Of a stretch of 64,000 nucleotides of DNA, positions 28,501-37,465 are shown piece by piece. Positions within the stretch are counted from its first letter, which is position 1, and each line of letters opens with the position of its first letter. Where the stretch lies: the sequence record OQ708376.1; one strand, given 5' to 3'. Both the position numbers and the translations under genes were made by a program. A model generated the notes under the pieces. It had not been told where the DNA came from and made no database searches. It was given only the letters and a program-made list of their open reading frames with translations.

Positions 28501-31500
28501 GAGATTTAACAGATACATCAGAACCACTTAAATCAACTGTACCAGAAACAACAAGATCTCCACCAATATTTGCTCCAGCGGTAGTAGTAATGGATTTTGC
28601 ACTTACATCAGTTGTGCTCAAATCAATTGCACCTGGTGTTACTGTACCAGAAACTGTTAGGTCACCAGTAATAGATGTATTATTGGAAATAGATACACCA
28701 TCAACGTTACTAATTGTTGGGGTTTCTACAGAAACTGCTTTAACTTTACCTGAAGAAGTTACGTCAGCTACGGTAGATGCACCAGTAACATTCAAATTAG
28801 TAATATTTGCAGTTGTTGAACCAAGGGTTGCAATAGTTGCATCAGTACTTTGAAGTTTAGGTAGAACACTACTAATTGTAGATTCATTACTAACAATTGC
28901 ACCAGTACTAGTTAAAGATTTGACAGTAACATCAGCAGTAGTAAGATCTACTGTACCATTAACAGTTAGGTTACCACCAATAGTTGCACCAGCAGTAGTA
29001 GTAATGGATTTAGCATTAACATCAGTTGTTGCTAGATCGATAGAGCCTGGAATAACTGCACCAGTAACGGTTAGGTCACCAGTTACATTTGTATTATTGG
29101 AAATAGTGACACCACTTGCATTTGAAATGGTTGGGGTAACCAACGATGCAGTTGTAGTTTCACCAGTTACAGTTAAAGTTGACCCAACTAGAACAGATGA
29201 GCTTGAGTAAATTGTACCCAAATTAGCAGATCCGGTAACAGTTATATCATCAGCATTAACAGTAGTTGCCGTTATGGTAGTACTATTAAGTACAGGAAGT
29301 ACGTTAGCATTAACAAGGTCATTACTTTTAACAATACCAGAAGAAGTTAGTGATTTAACGTTAATGTCTGCTGCTGATAAATCAAAAGAACCTTGAACCA
29401 CAAGATCTCCACCAATATTTGCACCAGCGGTAGTAGTGATTGATTTCGCACTAACATCAGTAGTACTCAAATCAATTGTACCTGGGGTTACTGTACCAGT
29501 AACTGTTAGATTTCCAGTAATATCAACATTTTCTGTGAAGTTAGTATTACCACTAATAGTTGGTGCAGTCAGAGTTGTTGCACTAATATTAGTACCGTTA
29601 ATTGTTTGTCCACTTACAGTTCCACTCGCAGTGATAGTAGGAGCCGTTACTTCAGTAGATGCACTAATTGTTGGTGCAGATACAGAAGTTGTACCAGTAA
29701 TAGAACCAGAACTTACTGAACCAGCGGATAATGCACCAGAAAGAGTTGCAGTTGTACCAGCAATATCACCAGTAACAGTTAGTTTAGCACCCACGGTAGT
29801 GTTACCAGTACTTTCAAGGGTTGCACCTTTAATATTTGTCGCAGCAACAACTGAGTTTGGTGTTAGATCCTGACCACTTACATCAACAGTTAACCCAGTT
29901 ACGGTGCCAGTAAAATCGACATCATTAAGAATTGCTTTACCACCAACTTGTAGGAATGGTGTACTAGGGTCTTGTGTTGCGTTACCTGTAATGGTTAGGT
30001 AATCTAATTTGTTTAGGCCATTACCAGTAATACCATACGTAGAAAGTGCAGCATTACCAAAAGTTGCCGTTTTTAGAACGTTCAGTGTTGAAGGAGAAAC
30101 TAATTCTGATTGAACTTCGTTAGGTAAAATCACGGTTGGACGTTGACTTGGTGCAGTATATCCAAATCCAAGTTTTACAGCAGAATCTTGACTACTTTGG
30201 CCTAAGCTGATAGCTTTAAATGATGCAGTACTATTATACCCAGTAATATTAGAACCAAGAGTAACACCACCAACTAATGAAGTTGCACCAGTAACGTTCA
30301 AAGATGCTGCATTAATATCGTCTAATTGGAATGTTCCACCAAGAACACCAGAAATATTAATATTATTAAAATTAGCAGTTCCAGTACTTTCAATATTTGG
30401 TATAGTTGCAGTTCCGGTGACTTCAAAGTCAGCAACTTTGGTTTTTCCTTTTTGAACTTCTAATAGTGGTGTATCTGGAGCTTGTGTTTCGTTACCAGAA
30501 ACTGTTAGATAATCTAATTTGTTTAGGCCATTACCAGTAATGCCATAAGACGATAATGACGCATTACCAAAAGTTGCAGTTTTAAGAACGTTCAATGTAG
30601 AAGGAGAAACTACTTCTGATTGAACTTCATTAGGTAGAATAACTGTTGGGCGTTGACCGGGTGCAGTATATCCAAAACCTAGTTTCACTGCTGCATCTTG
30701 ACTATTTTGACCTAAGCTAATAGCTTTAAAGGTAGCAGTACTATTATACCCAGTAATATTAGAACCAAGAGTAACACCACCAACTAACGAAGTGGCCCCA
30801 GTAACGTTCAATGTTACTGCATTAATATCATCTAGTTGGAATGTTCCACCAAGAACACCAGAAATATTAATATTATTAAAATTAGCAGTTCCAGTACTTT
30901 CAATATTTGGTATAGTTGCGGTTCCTGTAACTTCAAAATCGGCAACTTTGGTTTTTCCTTTTTGAACTTCTAATAGTGGGGTGTCTGGTGATTGTGTATT
31001 GTTACCAGAAACTGTTAGATAATCTAATTTGTTTAGACCATTACCAGTAATACCATAAGAAGATAATGACGCATTACCAAAAGAAGCAGATGTCAAAACT
31101 GTTAAGTTTGCAGGTGACATTAACTCGGACTGAATTTCGTTTTGTAGAATAACAGTTGGGCGTTTACCAGGAGCAGTGTAAGGGAAGCTTAATCTGAAGG
31201 TTTGTGATTCAGAGTTAGAACCAATACGAATGTCTTTAAAAGTAGCAGTACTGTTAATACCAGTTACGTTAGCACCGAAAGTTACTGCACCTTGTTGGTT
31301 AGATGCACCAGTAACGTTCAATGTTACTGCATTTAAGTCAGATAGATTAAACTCACCACCAAGTGTACCACTAATTGTCACATCTTTAAATGTAGCAGTA
31401 CCAGTACTACTAATATCTGTTGTACTTACATTAGTAATTTCTGCGGTATTAGCAGTAATTTTATCAAATGCAGCAGTAGTCCCAACATCAGCAGTAATAT

Positions 31501-31903
31501 TACCTTTAAATGCTGTTGTTTCAGCAACTTCTAAGTTTTTAACTTTAGTTGCTTGTAGAGTGGTTGTACCAGCAGTTTGTGTAAAATCAGAACCAACTGA
31601 TACAGTACCGTTAAAGGTAGCGTTTGAATTAATTGTTGCTGTATCAGACCCGACCACTGCACTACCGATTGTAGTATTACCCTCAACACCAAGACCACCA
31701 GAAAGTGTTGCTTTGCCACCTACATCTAAAGTAGATGTAATATTGGCAGTTGATGATTCAATGGCAGTAAAAGTTGCATTTGCAAAAGTTACAGTACCAT
31801 TTACAGTTAGGTTATTGTTGAAAACAGCATTTCCTTTGACTAAAAGATCCTTACCAACCGTACCAGCACCAGTAATATCTAAGTCAGTTTTTATTGAGTA
31901 CAT
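25514..31903 (-). CDS. long tail fibre (2129 aa, T/G/S/V/A/N-rich repeats)
   Basis: Uninterrupted ORF; GGAGGG RBS; TAAATA at 31939-31944; beta-repeat shaft; C-terminal tip domain with YVKQDATGNR..LNKTANSVTIY. Confidence 0.85.
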   Translation of the reverse strand: MYSIKTDLDITGAGTVGKDLLVKGNAVFNNNLTVNGTVTFANATFTAIESSTANITSTLDVGGKATLSGGLGVEGNTTIGSAVVGSDTATINSNATFNGTVSVGSDFTQTAGTTTLQATKVKNLEVAETTAFKGNITADVGTTAAFDKITANTAEITNVSTTDISSTGTATFKDVTISGTLGGEFNLSDLNAVTLNVTGASNQQGAVTFGANVTGINSTATFKDIRIGSNSESQTFRLSFPYTAPGKRPTVILQNEIQSELMSPANLTVLTSASFGNASLSSYGITGNGLNKLDYLTVSGNNTQSPDTPLLEVQKGKTKVADFEVTGTATIPNIESTGTANFNNINISGVLGGTFQLDDINAVTLNVTGATSLVGGVTLGSNITGYNSTATFKAISLGQNSQDAAVKLGFGYTAPGQRPTVILPNEVQSEVVSPSTLNVLKTATFGNASLSSYGITGNGLNKLDYLTVSGNETQAPDTPLLEVQKGKTKVADFEVTGTATIPNIESTGTANFNNINISGVLGGTFQLDDINAASLNVTGATSLVGGVTLGSNITGYNSTASFKAISLGQSSQDSAVKLGFGYTAPSQRPTVILPNEVQSELVSPSTLNVLKTATFGNAALSTYGITGNGLNKLDYLTITGNATQDPSTPFLQVGGKAILNDVDFTGTVTGLTVDVSGQDLTPNSVVAATNIKGATLESTGNTTVGAKLTVTGDIAGTTATLSGALSAGSVSSGSITGTTSVSAPTISASTEVTAPTITASGTVSGQTINGTNISATTLTAPTISGNTNFTENVDITGNLTVTGTVTPGTIDLSTTDVSAKSITTTAGANIGGDLVVQGSFDLSAADINVKSLTSSGIVKSNDLVNANVLPVLNSTTITATTVNADDITVTGSANLGTIYSSSSVLVGSTLTVTGETTTASLVTPTISNASGVTISNNTNVTGDLTVTGAVIPGSIDLATTDVNAKSITTTAGATIGGNLTVNGTVDLTTADVTVKSLTSTGAIVSNESTISSVLPKLQSTDATIATLGSTTANITNLNVTGASTVADVTSSGKVKAVSVETPTISNVDGVSISNNTSITGDLTVSGTVTPGAIDLSTTDVSAKSITTTAGANIGGDLVVSGTVDLSGSDVSVKSLTSTGIITVSSAEGINVLPKVQSTEVTVSALNATNAVVSGDVSAATASISGAITGGSATLSGVGTALNVTNNATVGGVLTVGSITSAAENVSITKNTAITGNLAVSGTLTAGVIDLSTTDVSVKTLTSLGDATVQGNLTVDGSIDLSSANIVGVTLESTGSTTVGTDLILTTGNITGSPSISGNLGVTGTTTLTGATTVSNTLSTGGKLTVNTGGIQVVDGGIQVDAGTITAPSANISGDSTLNSATVTTTLGVTGAASMNGGLTASTLDVTGDSTVQKLTVKGAFIPEGGLDLSGADLNVNSVTAATTLSVTGASTLTGGVSTSTVTASGKVTAQELSTGTLAVTTNGTVGGTLDVTGKATVGSLDSGAISATSGTFSTTLGVTGAATFGNNVNITGTLTPGALDLSSTDVDANSLSVATTLHSNGNATIGGTLGVTGAATAPSIALNGEGTALAVTNNATIGGTLGVTGKATVGSLDSGAVSATSGTFSTTIDVTGAATFGNNVNITGTLTPGALDLASTDVVANSLSVATTLHSDGNATIGGTLGVTGAATAPSITLNGEGTALAVTNNATIGGTLGVTGAATLGSLTTSGAVKTGSNVIIGTKIGEQPETVQIFPNTYIAGSLRVDGGINADIDVSGQTIEPYAVVAADTISAAGNITSGAELISKSATIGDVGSQNNNLTINGNVVNNGNFTVTGVLNATLNQANSDVAVKSLTATNSVAAGTSITAGTSITATGLLKGNTLEVTTTGSFGGAVTMSSGANITGTVGITSGNLTVGGDISATGTATLAATSVTTITTSGAATLASASVTGAATIGGTLTVTGLMTANGSVVLGDAAADTLTVNATSSFKENAVFDKDVTVTGQLTTTNADLTTTTVTTKKYDVIPNQVTSSVIAPTGTWTPDGTSNVYFITLDQDTTLAPITGLIGGGKASSVYIYVKQDATGNRNFTTDGTYAVVDGTLNKTANSVTIYQVIYDGVSPVTDMFIAQRTA
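26750..27430 (-). repeat. two tandem 336-bp (112-aa) near-identical repeats in the long fibre
   Basis: CCTTCACCATTAAGAG occurs at 26811 and 27147; duplicated VGSLDSGA...TGKAT unit. Confidence 0.9.
29995..31395 (-). repeat. three tandem 510-bp (170-aa) repeats in the long fibre
   Basis: AATCTAATTTGTTTAG occurs at 30001, 30511 and 31021; ATGTTCCACCAAGAACACC at 30331 and 30841. Confidence 0.9.
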
Positions 31904-32005
31904 TTATACCCTCCATTATAACCTTGTTAATATGTATATATTTAGTTTTATTATGCTGTTATCCAACAATTAATATGTTATTTGACAAAAGCAAATATAA
32001 TAAAA

Positions 32006-32034
32006 AACCAGACTTATTTAGGACAAGTCTGGTT
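32006..32034 (-). terminator. intrinsic terminator with TAAATA spanning the loop
   Basis: Minus strand AACCAGACTT-GTCCTAAAT-AAGTCTGGTT followed by TTTT. Confidence 0.7.
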
Positions 32035-32042
32035 AATTTTTT

Positions 32043-32939
32043 TTACTTACCAGAGATGACAATCTTACCACTGAAAGAAATATCAGAAGTGAAGATTACA
32101 TCACCAGTACTACTAATTTGTGTATCAGTCACTACCAATTCAAATGGAGATGACGCAACACTCCCAGGTGTTTTATTTGCATAAATTGAAATATACAAAT
32201 TATCTGGTGTTTGATTGTGTTCAGATGCAGGAATAGTGATTGTAAAATCACCAGCACTAGAAACCCAATCTGCTTGGTTTACCAATTTACTATAAGGTAC
32301 TGTCATTGTTGTTGCTCCTATAATGTTTACTTTAACACTTGCATAATCTGTGATTTGACCAATCACATCAATTGTTATATCCCCAATACCACTAACTGTT
32401 ACTGTGGTTTGGAATACTGATTCCAATGCAACATTACCTGGGTCACCTTGTAGTTGGATCATAATATCAGAACCTCTACCATGAACTGATTCTGGTAGTG
32501 TGTAAGTATAATGATCAGTAGTATCTGGTACTAATGTAAATGCAGAAACAGGAACTATTTCAGTAGTTACATATGAACTATCAGTCCCAGGTGAGCTACC
32601 TTTAAATGGTTTCCAAATACCAAGATCTTTAATATAAATTTGAAGAACATTAGTACTATCAACCAAAAAGTAAACGTCACCATCTAGACCGATTGAATCG
32701 GATGGTGCTGTTGTTCCACGTAAGATACCAGAACTACCACCACCACTGTGTGCGTTTAAATATCCCAATGTAACCAAGTGTGTGTTTGCAGTTGGTTCAC
32801 CTGCTGAAATTGGAAGAAGTTGTGTTCCTGAGTAGTTTTGAATTTGCACAACACTACCATTTGTGGTAATCTGTGCACCATTCTTCCCAAGAATGAAGGA
32901 CTTCTTCATGGTTCCTTCTAAATTAGAAAAAACTGCCAT
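32043..32939 (-). CDS. fibre/tailspike adaptor-like structural protein
   Basis: N-terminal ~110 aa is paralogous to the adjacent tailspike (MAVFSN.EGTM...FILGK.GA). Two C-terminal modules resemble the C-terminus of the 21196 protein. Confidence 0.65.
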   Translation of the reverse strand: MAVFSNLEGTMKKSFILGKNGAQITTNGSVVQIQNYSGTQLLPISAGEPTANTHLVTLGYLNAHSGGGSSGILRGTTAPSDSIGLDGDVYFLVDSTNVLQIYIKDLGIWKPFKGSSPGTDSSYVTTEIVPVSAFTLVPDTTDHYTYTLPESVHGRGSDIMIQLQGDPGNVALESVFQTTVTVSGIGDITIDVIGQITDYASVKVNIIGATTMTVPYSKLVNQADWVSSAGDFTITIPASEHNQTPDNLYISIYANKTPGSVASSPFELVVTDTQISSTGDVIFTSDISFSGKIVISGK

Positions 32940-32955
32940 TTTAATATAATCTCCT

Positions 32956-35097
32956 TTATGGTAGGGTTATGTAAGTTACGGGTTGGGCAGCTTTTAATGC
33001 TGCACCAGCGGCAGTTGCTGTTATGATAGGATCTGCAATATCAATTCTATATACGTTGTTTACAACATACACTGCACGAGTTATATACGTTCTCAAATCA
33101 CCACCATTTTCACCAGCACCGGATATAATGATCTCAGTACCAGCAGCTTTTGCATATTGGTTTTCACCCCATGACACACCCAATGCTTCTATGTATGTTT
33201 GTCCTGCTACCGTTTGTCTAATTGTGTCATATTTTCCGAAAAAAGAACCACCAACAGTTACAATATATTTTCCACCCGATTGTTTATGAATAATCGTGCC
33301 TTCAGAGAAATAGCGTCCCCCAGGAAAAGTATCGTATGGAATATAATATTGCTCAACTACAGGTATCAGTACTGGGCCACGGTGACCTGTACCATCGATT
33401 GCAGTTGTAACTTTAAAGTTATTAGATGATTGGTCTATTCTGTCTACATACATTTTAGAAAAACTATATTTTGAAACATTACAATCATCTTGAACAACAC
33501 AGTTAGTCCAATTAGTATAAGTATATTTAGAGCGAGTATAGATACCACCACCTTCGCCTTCGGTAGAGAGGTGTTGACCAATTACATCTAATTCTTTAGT
33601 TCTAATATCACTAAATTTAGATGATGATGGCAAACCACGCCAAAGGATTTTAGAACAAGTGATATTGCTCAATTCTGTATTATTTAACCAATTATCAGAA
33701 CCGGAAGTATAAACAAGTATAGAAGACTCTGGAATATAGAGATTAGAAATTTTAAAGTTTCTAGGTGGTCCAGCAAAACGACCAGAAGTTACACCCCAGT
33801 TTATTGAAACCATTCTATTTGTGATAGAAGGATCATTAAGCAAATGACCAGTCAACCCATCAATAATGAATTCTTTCGAACCATAAGTTATAACACCAGC
33901 AGTGGTTAATCCAGTACCAACAGAAACTAAAGATGATGGATAAACTTCATTATTAAGTATTTTAAAGTCCATTCCTAATTCAACGTGTATACATTGTCTA
34001 ACATTATATAGTCTGTTATTTTTAATAACAAAGTTTCTGACATATTGTGTATCTGGTGCATCTAAACCATAAGGACCAGAACCAGCAACGCCAATACCAA
34101 TGCCCCAGTTTGAAAGTGGGATTGGAGCGTTAGAACCATCAACGTTTTCAATTACGTTTCCTTCAATCACAAAACCATCAGGATAATGTGAGTTAATTAC
34201 GTTTAGTTCAATTGCATCACCATAGATATCATGAATATGGTTATATGAATATCTACCAACCTTCATTTTCTCACCAGTACCTTGTTGAAGAACACCATAC
34301 TTACATTGGGTCATTTCATTAAAGCAAAAATCTATTGTTCCTGGTTGTGTCATACCTTGCATTAAAAATGCAGCAGTACTTGTGATGTTTATAAATTTAT
34401 TAAAATAAAACTTACCATCGCCACCGAAGAATTTTAAATAACATCCAGTAAGTGTTGCAAATTGTATTTGGGAATTAATAACAGATACCATAGTACCACC
34501 GTTACCAGTAATAGTTCCCCCAAACCAAGTTACATCTTCTAGGTATATTGCAGTTTTGATACGGTAATTACCACCAGCCTGAATTTGGATTTTATTTTCT
34601 TTAGCATAAGCAGCACATAAATTTACAGCAGCAGTGTCATCAGTTTCGCCATCACCTTTAGCACCAAATTCTTCTGGTGTTATATAAAACTGGGCCTGTT
34701 GAACTGTACCTCCAGTAATAAGTCCGATGAAATCGCCACCATTTTTACTGGATAGAACTTTTTTATTAATGTATAATGATTTTACCCATGTACCATTACT
34801 TTTTGCAAAAATATCAACAATACCATCTTCATCAATTTGAAAATACGTATTATTGTTCTTTCCTACATCATCGGTAGGGGGTACAACACCAAATAATGCA
34901 TTAGGGTTATCTTCAAGATATTTTACGTTAACTGCTGAATTAGGGTCAGATGAAGTTCCTACCTTCAGTGGTAGGAACTGTTCTCCTAGATAATCTTTTA
35001 TAGAAACTGAATCATTGATAAAATTTATTGAAGCACCTTTTTTCCCCAATATGAATTTGGGCTGCATAGTTCCTTCAAAATTAGAAAATACTGCCAT
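32956..35097 (-). CDS. tailspike with WcaM-like beta-helix, putative colanic acid depolymerase
   Basis: PEEFGAKGDGETDDTAA pectate-lyase-like start. The segment DIYGDAIELNV...NWGIGIGVAGS..Y......VRNFVI.N......RQCIHVE.G parallels E. coli WcaM as recalled (DLQGDAIEWNV..NWGIGIGLAGS..VKNFVVAN..RQLVHVENG). Confidence 0.8.
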   Translation of the reverse strand: MAVFSNFEGTMQPKFILGKKGASINFINDSVSIKDYLGEQFLPLKVGTSSDPNSAVNVKYLEDNPNALFGVVPPTDDVGKNNNTYFQIDEDGIVDIFAKSNGTWVKSLYINKKVLSSKNGGDFIGLITGGTVQQAQFYITPEEFGAKGDGETDDTAAVNLCAAYAKENKIQIQAGGNYRIKTAIYLEDVTWFGGTITGNGGTMVSVINSQIQFATLTGCYLKFFGGDGKFYFNKFINITSTAAFLMQGMTQPGTIDFCFNEMTQCKYGVLQQGTGEKMKVGRYSYNHIHDIYGDAIELNVINSHYPDGFVIEGNVIENVDGSNAPIPLSNWGIGIGVAGSGPYGLDAPDTQYVRNFVIKNNRLYNVRQCIHVELGMDFKILNNEVYPSSLVSVGTGLTTAGVITYGSKEFIIDGLTGHLLNDPSITNRMVSINWGVTSGRFAGPPRNFKISNLYIPESSILVYTSGSDNWLNNTELSNITCSKILWRGLPSSSKFSDIRTKELDVIGQHLSTEGEGGGIYTRSKYTYTNWTNCVVQDDCNVSKYSFSKMYVDRIDQSSNNFKVTTAIDGTGHRGPVLIPVVEQYYIPYDTFPGGRYFSEGTIIHKQSGGKYIVTVGGSFFGKYDTIRQTVAGQTYIEALGVSWGENQYAKAAGTEIIISGAGENGGDLRTYITRAVYVVNNVYRIDIADPIITATAAGAALKAAQPVTYITLP

Positions 35098-35111
35098 TAT
35101 GACATCCTCCC

Positions 35112-36227
35112 TTAAATATTATCTTGAATCGGTTGGATAGGAGCTTGCCATGAAAGAGTACAAATAATTTCCATTTTTCCATAAGGACTGTTGTTAACAG
35201 AATCGTTGAATACACATGAAATAATTTCATCAACATCGGATGCTGCATGATTAGTTTCATTAACAATAAAACGCATCTGACGATTGATATCAAAGTAGGA
35301 AGTTGGTGCAATTACCGTCCCGCCAATATCTTCTTGTGCTTCACCACCAAAACGTACAAACATATCAGTTACTGGAAGAGAATAAGGTTGTATAACGTTT
35401 ACATCAATATTAGAAACTACATATCCAGCAGGACATGTACCAATAACTAATAGTGCGTTAGTCCATGAGCTATCTATGGTATTTCTAATAGAAATTGTAT
35501 CTTTACCTGGTGCACCTGGTTCGCCTTGTATACCTTGAATACCTTGCTGGCCTTCTTTACCACGGAATAGAATACCCTCACTCCACTCTTTTGAAGGAGG
35601 GGTAGTTGTAGTTACTTCATCAACATAATATAGTTTTCCATCAGTGTTGTTATAAAAACAATAATCAACTGGAAGATTTTCAATACTTGGAAATTGATCA
35701 CCACTGCTATCAATATGGAAACGACCACGCGGACCTTGTTCACCACGGAAAGGTATACCATCACTCCAAGTAGCAGTTACACTTTGATAGAAATAAAGTT
35801 TACCATCTTGAGTATTATAAAATGTATAGTTATTAAAAAGACCAGTTGTTGGGAAAGTAGTTCCAGCACTATCAATGTGGAACGGCTTACCCGCTTCACC
35901 CGTATCACCTTTACCAAACTCAACACTAATCCATGTACTTGTCGGATCTTGTGCATCATTTGATTTAAAGTATAGAGTACTGGTATTGTTAGCCAAGCTT
36001 AAGTAGCACCACCCAAGTGGTTCACCAACTTTAAATTGTTCGGAAGGAATTTCAAAACCAATCTCATTAGGATAAAAGTTTTTACCATTCTCGCCATTCT
36101 GTCCTACAACAAGACCTAAATCTTGAATTGTGTTATCTGCATAGGTTACAATTAAATGCCCAGCACCATTAATAACTAGACTTTTGATGCCGGAGTTATT
36201 ACATGAACCATTAAATGAAATTGTCAT
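35112..36227 (-). CDS. collagen-like structural protein
   Basis: ATG 36227 with AAGGGA RBS and TAAATA at 36264-36269; short G-X-Y runs (GKEGQQGIQGIQGEPGAPGKD); duplicated FHIDS.G..FP...FYN..DGKLY...W module. Confidence 0.7.
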   Translation of the reverse strand: MTISFNGSCNNSGIKSLVINGAGHLIVTYADNTIQDLGLVVGQNGENGKNFYPNEIGFEIPSEQFKVGEPLGWCYLSLANNTSTLYFKSNDAQDPTSTWISVEFGKGDTGEAGKPFHIDSAGTTFPTTGLFNNYTFYNTQDGKLYFYQSVTATWSDGIPFRGEQGPRGRFHIDSSGDQFPSIENLPVDYCFYNNTDGKLYYVDEVTTTTPPSKEWSEGILFRGKEGQQGIQGIQGEPGAPGKDTISIRNTIDSSWTNALLVIGTCPAGYVVSNIDVNVIQPYSLPVTDMFVRFGGEAQEDIGGTVIAPTSYFDINRQMRFIVNETNHAASDVDEIISCVFNDSVNNSPYGKMEIICTLSWQAPIQPIQDNI

Positions 36228-36337
36228 AATATTTCCCTTGTATGAGTTAATGTCATATACCAATATTTATCAGTACAAAATACATTTCGTTATCATTAAT
36301 AAATAAATGAAAGTTCACTACTAAAAGGGCTTAAACA

Positions 36338-36835
36338 ATGGCATTAAGATCAAAAGACTTTCTCTTCAGAAGAAAAACAAAAGATGGTTCATGGCAAGAT
36401 TTTCCTGAATCTGATAGCTGGTATCCAGCTAACTTGGATTATCACTGGAATGAACAAACGTTACCACTCGCAAGTGGTGGCTACTATGGCTGTACTACAG
36501 GTTTACATACTATTTCATTTACACTACGTAATTTTATTGGTAGAATTTATGTATTAGCTACATTAGCTAGTAATCCTACTGATGATGATTGGTTTCCAAT
36601 TAAATTCACTGAAAGTTGTAATTATTATCTTGAATTTACTGATATGGTTATTTTAAATCCAAATGGTGGGGATTTAATTAGACAACAAGGAACTACCGGA
36701 ACATTTGCTGAAACAGTAACTGGTAATTTTACTTACCTTAAAGTTGGTATAGACCGTGATTATATTAGTAAGTATCCATCAGATGTCCAAAAAAGTTTAG
36801 CTGGGAAGTTAGAACAAATTTTAATTAACTACTAA
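36338..36835 (+). CDS. hypothetical structural protein
   Basis: 165 aa; TAAATA at 36300; beta-rich. Confidence 0.7.
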   Translation: MALRSKDFLFRRKTKDGSWQDFPESDSWYPANLDYHWNEQTLPLASGGYYGCTTGLHTISFTLRNFIGRIYVLATLASNPTDDDWFPIKFTESCNYYLEFTDMVILNPNGGDLIRQQGTTGTFAETVTGNFTYLKVGIDRDYISKYPSDVQKSLAGKLEQILINY

Positions 36836-36844
36836 GGATTAGAA

Positions 36845-37453
36845 ATGAAATTAGAAACAGAACAACCAAAACTATTTGTTAAAGGTCATGTCCTAATTAC
36901 TGACGTTACTGATCCATCAAATCAAAAAATCGTTTTAGATAAATCTAACGCTATTCACCCTGAAAATATGAGTACTGCCATTGCTAATGCGTTAGCATAT
37001 AATCAAGACAGTACTGGTATTCCTATTGGTTCTATTAGCGAGATGCGTTTTGGTAATGGTGGTACAGTAGTTTTAAGTACTGGTCGTGTTACTTATAAAA
37101 AACCACGTGTTACATCATTCGGTGGTTTGTATTCACAAACATATTTGAAAAAAATCAACCCACGAATTACGGCAGGTATTGATTCACAATACAATAATAT
37201 TACAACTGTACATATACCAGGACAGTCCTATACTGATATTGTATGTATTTGTACTCTAGGGTTAGGTGAACCATCCGACCAAGGTGTAAGCTCAGGGACA
37301 AGCATGGATGGAACTTATGTATTTGATGAATTGGGATTGTACACGGATGGCGATAGTGGTATTCCTTTAACCCATATCATTTTTCACCCAGTTGAGAAAA
37401 GTGCAAACCGTGTCTTACAAATTAAATACACAGTTCGTGTACAATTACAATAA
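36845..37453 (+). CDS. conserved virion structural protein (baseplate/fibre-associated)
   Basis: KGHVLITD, NAIH.ENM, FGNGG, FDELGL and THIIFHPVEKSANR motifs typical of large-myovirus structural genes. Confidence 0.65.
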   Translation: MKLETEQPKLFVKGHVLITDVTDPSNQKIVLDKSNAIHPENMSTAIANALAYNQDSTGIPIGSISEMRFGNGGTVVLSTGRVTYKKPRVTSFGGLYSQTYLKKINPRITAGIDSQYNNITTVHIPGQSYTDIVCICTLGLGEPSDQGVSSGTSMDGTYVFDELGLYTDGDSGIPLTHIIFHPVEKSANRVLQIKYTVRVQLQ

Positions 37454-37465
37454 TGGGGACATATA

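Noticed and set aside
29995-31395. Tandem repeats considered as a CRISPR array or DGR template/variable repeats
   Set aside because: The units are in-frame coding repeats of 510 bp with no unique spacers. Differences are not adenine-specific, and no reverse transcriptase or cas gene is present in the window.
25941-31973. Many long + strand ORFs (207, 348, 145, 247 aa and others) opposite the long fibre
   Set aside because: Antisense shadows: Thr/Gly/Val/Ala codons ending in T/A rarely create stops on the reverse strand. The products are low-complexity V/A/P/T strings with no RBS.
31982-32001. TTGACA and TATAAT close together on the + strand
   Set aside because: The spacer is only 8 nt, incompatible with a sigma70 promoter.
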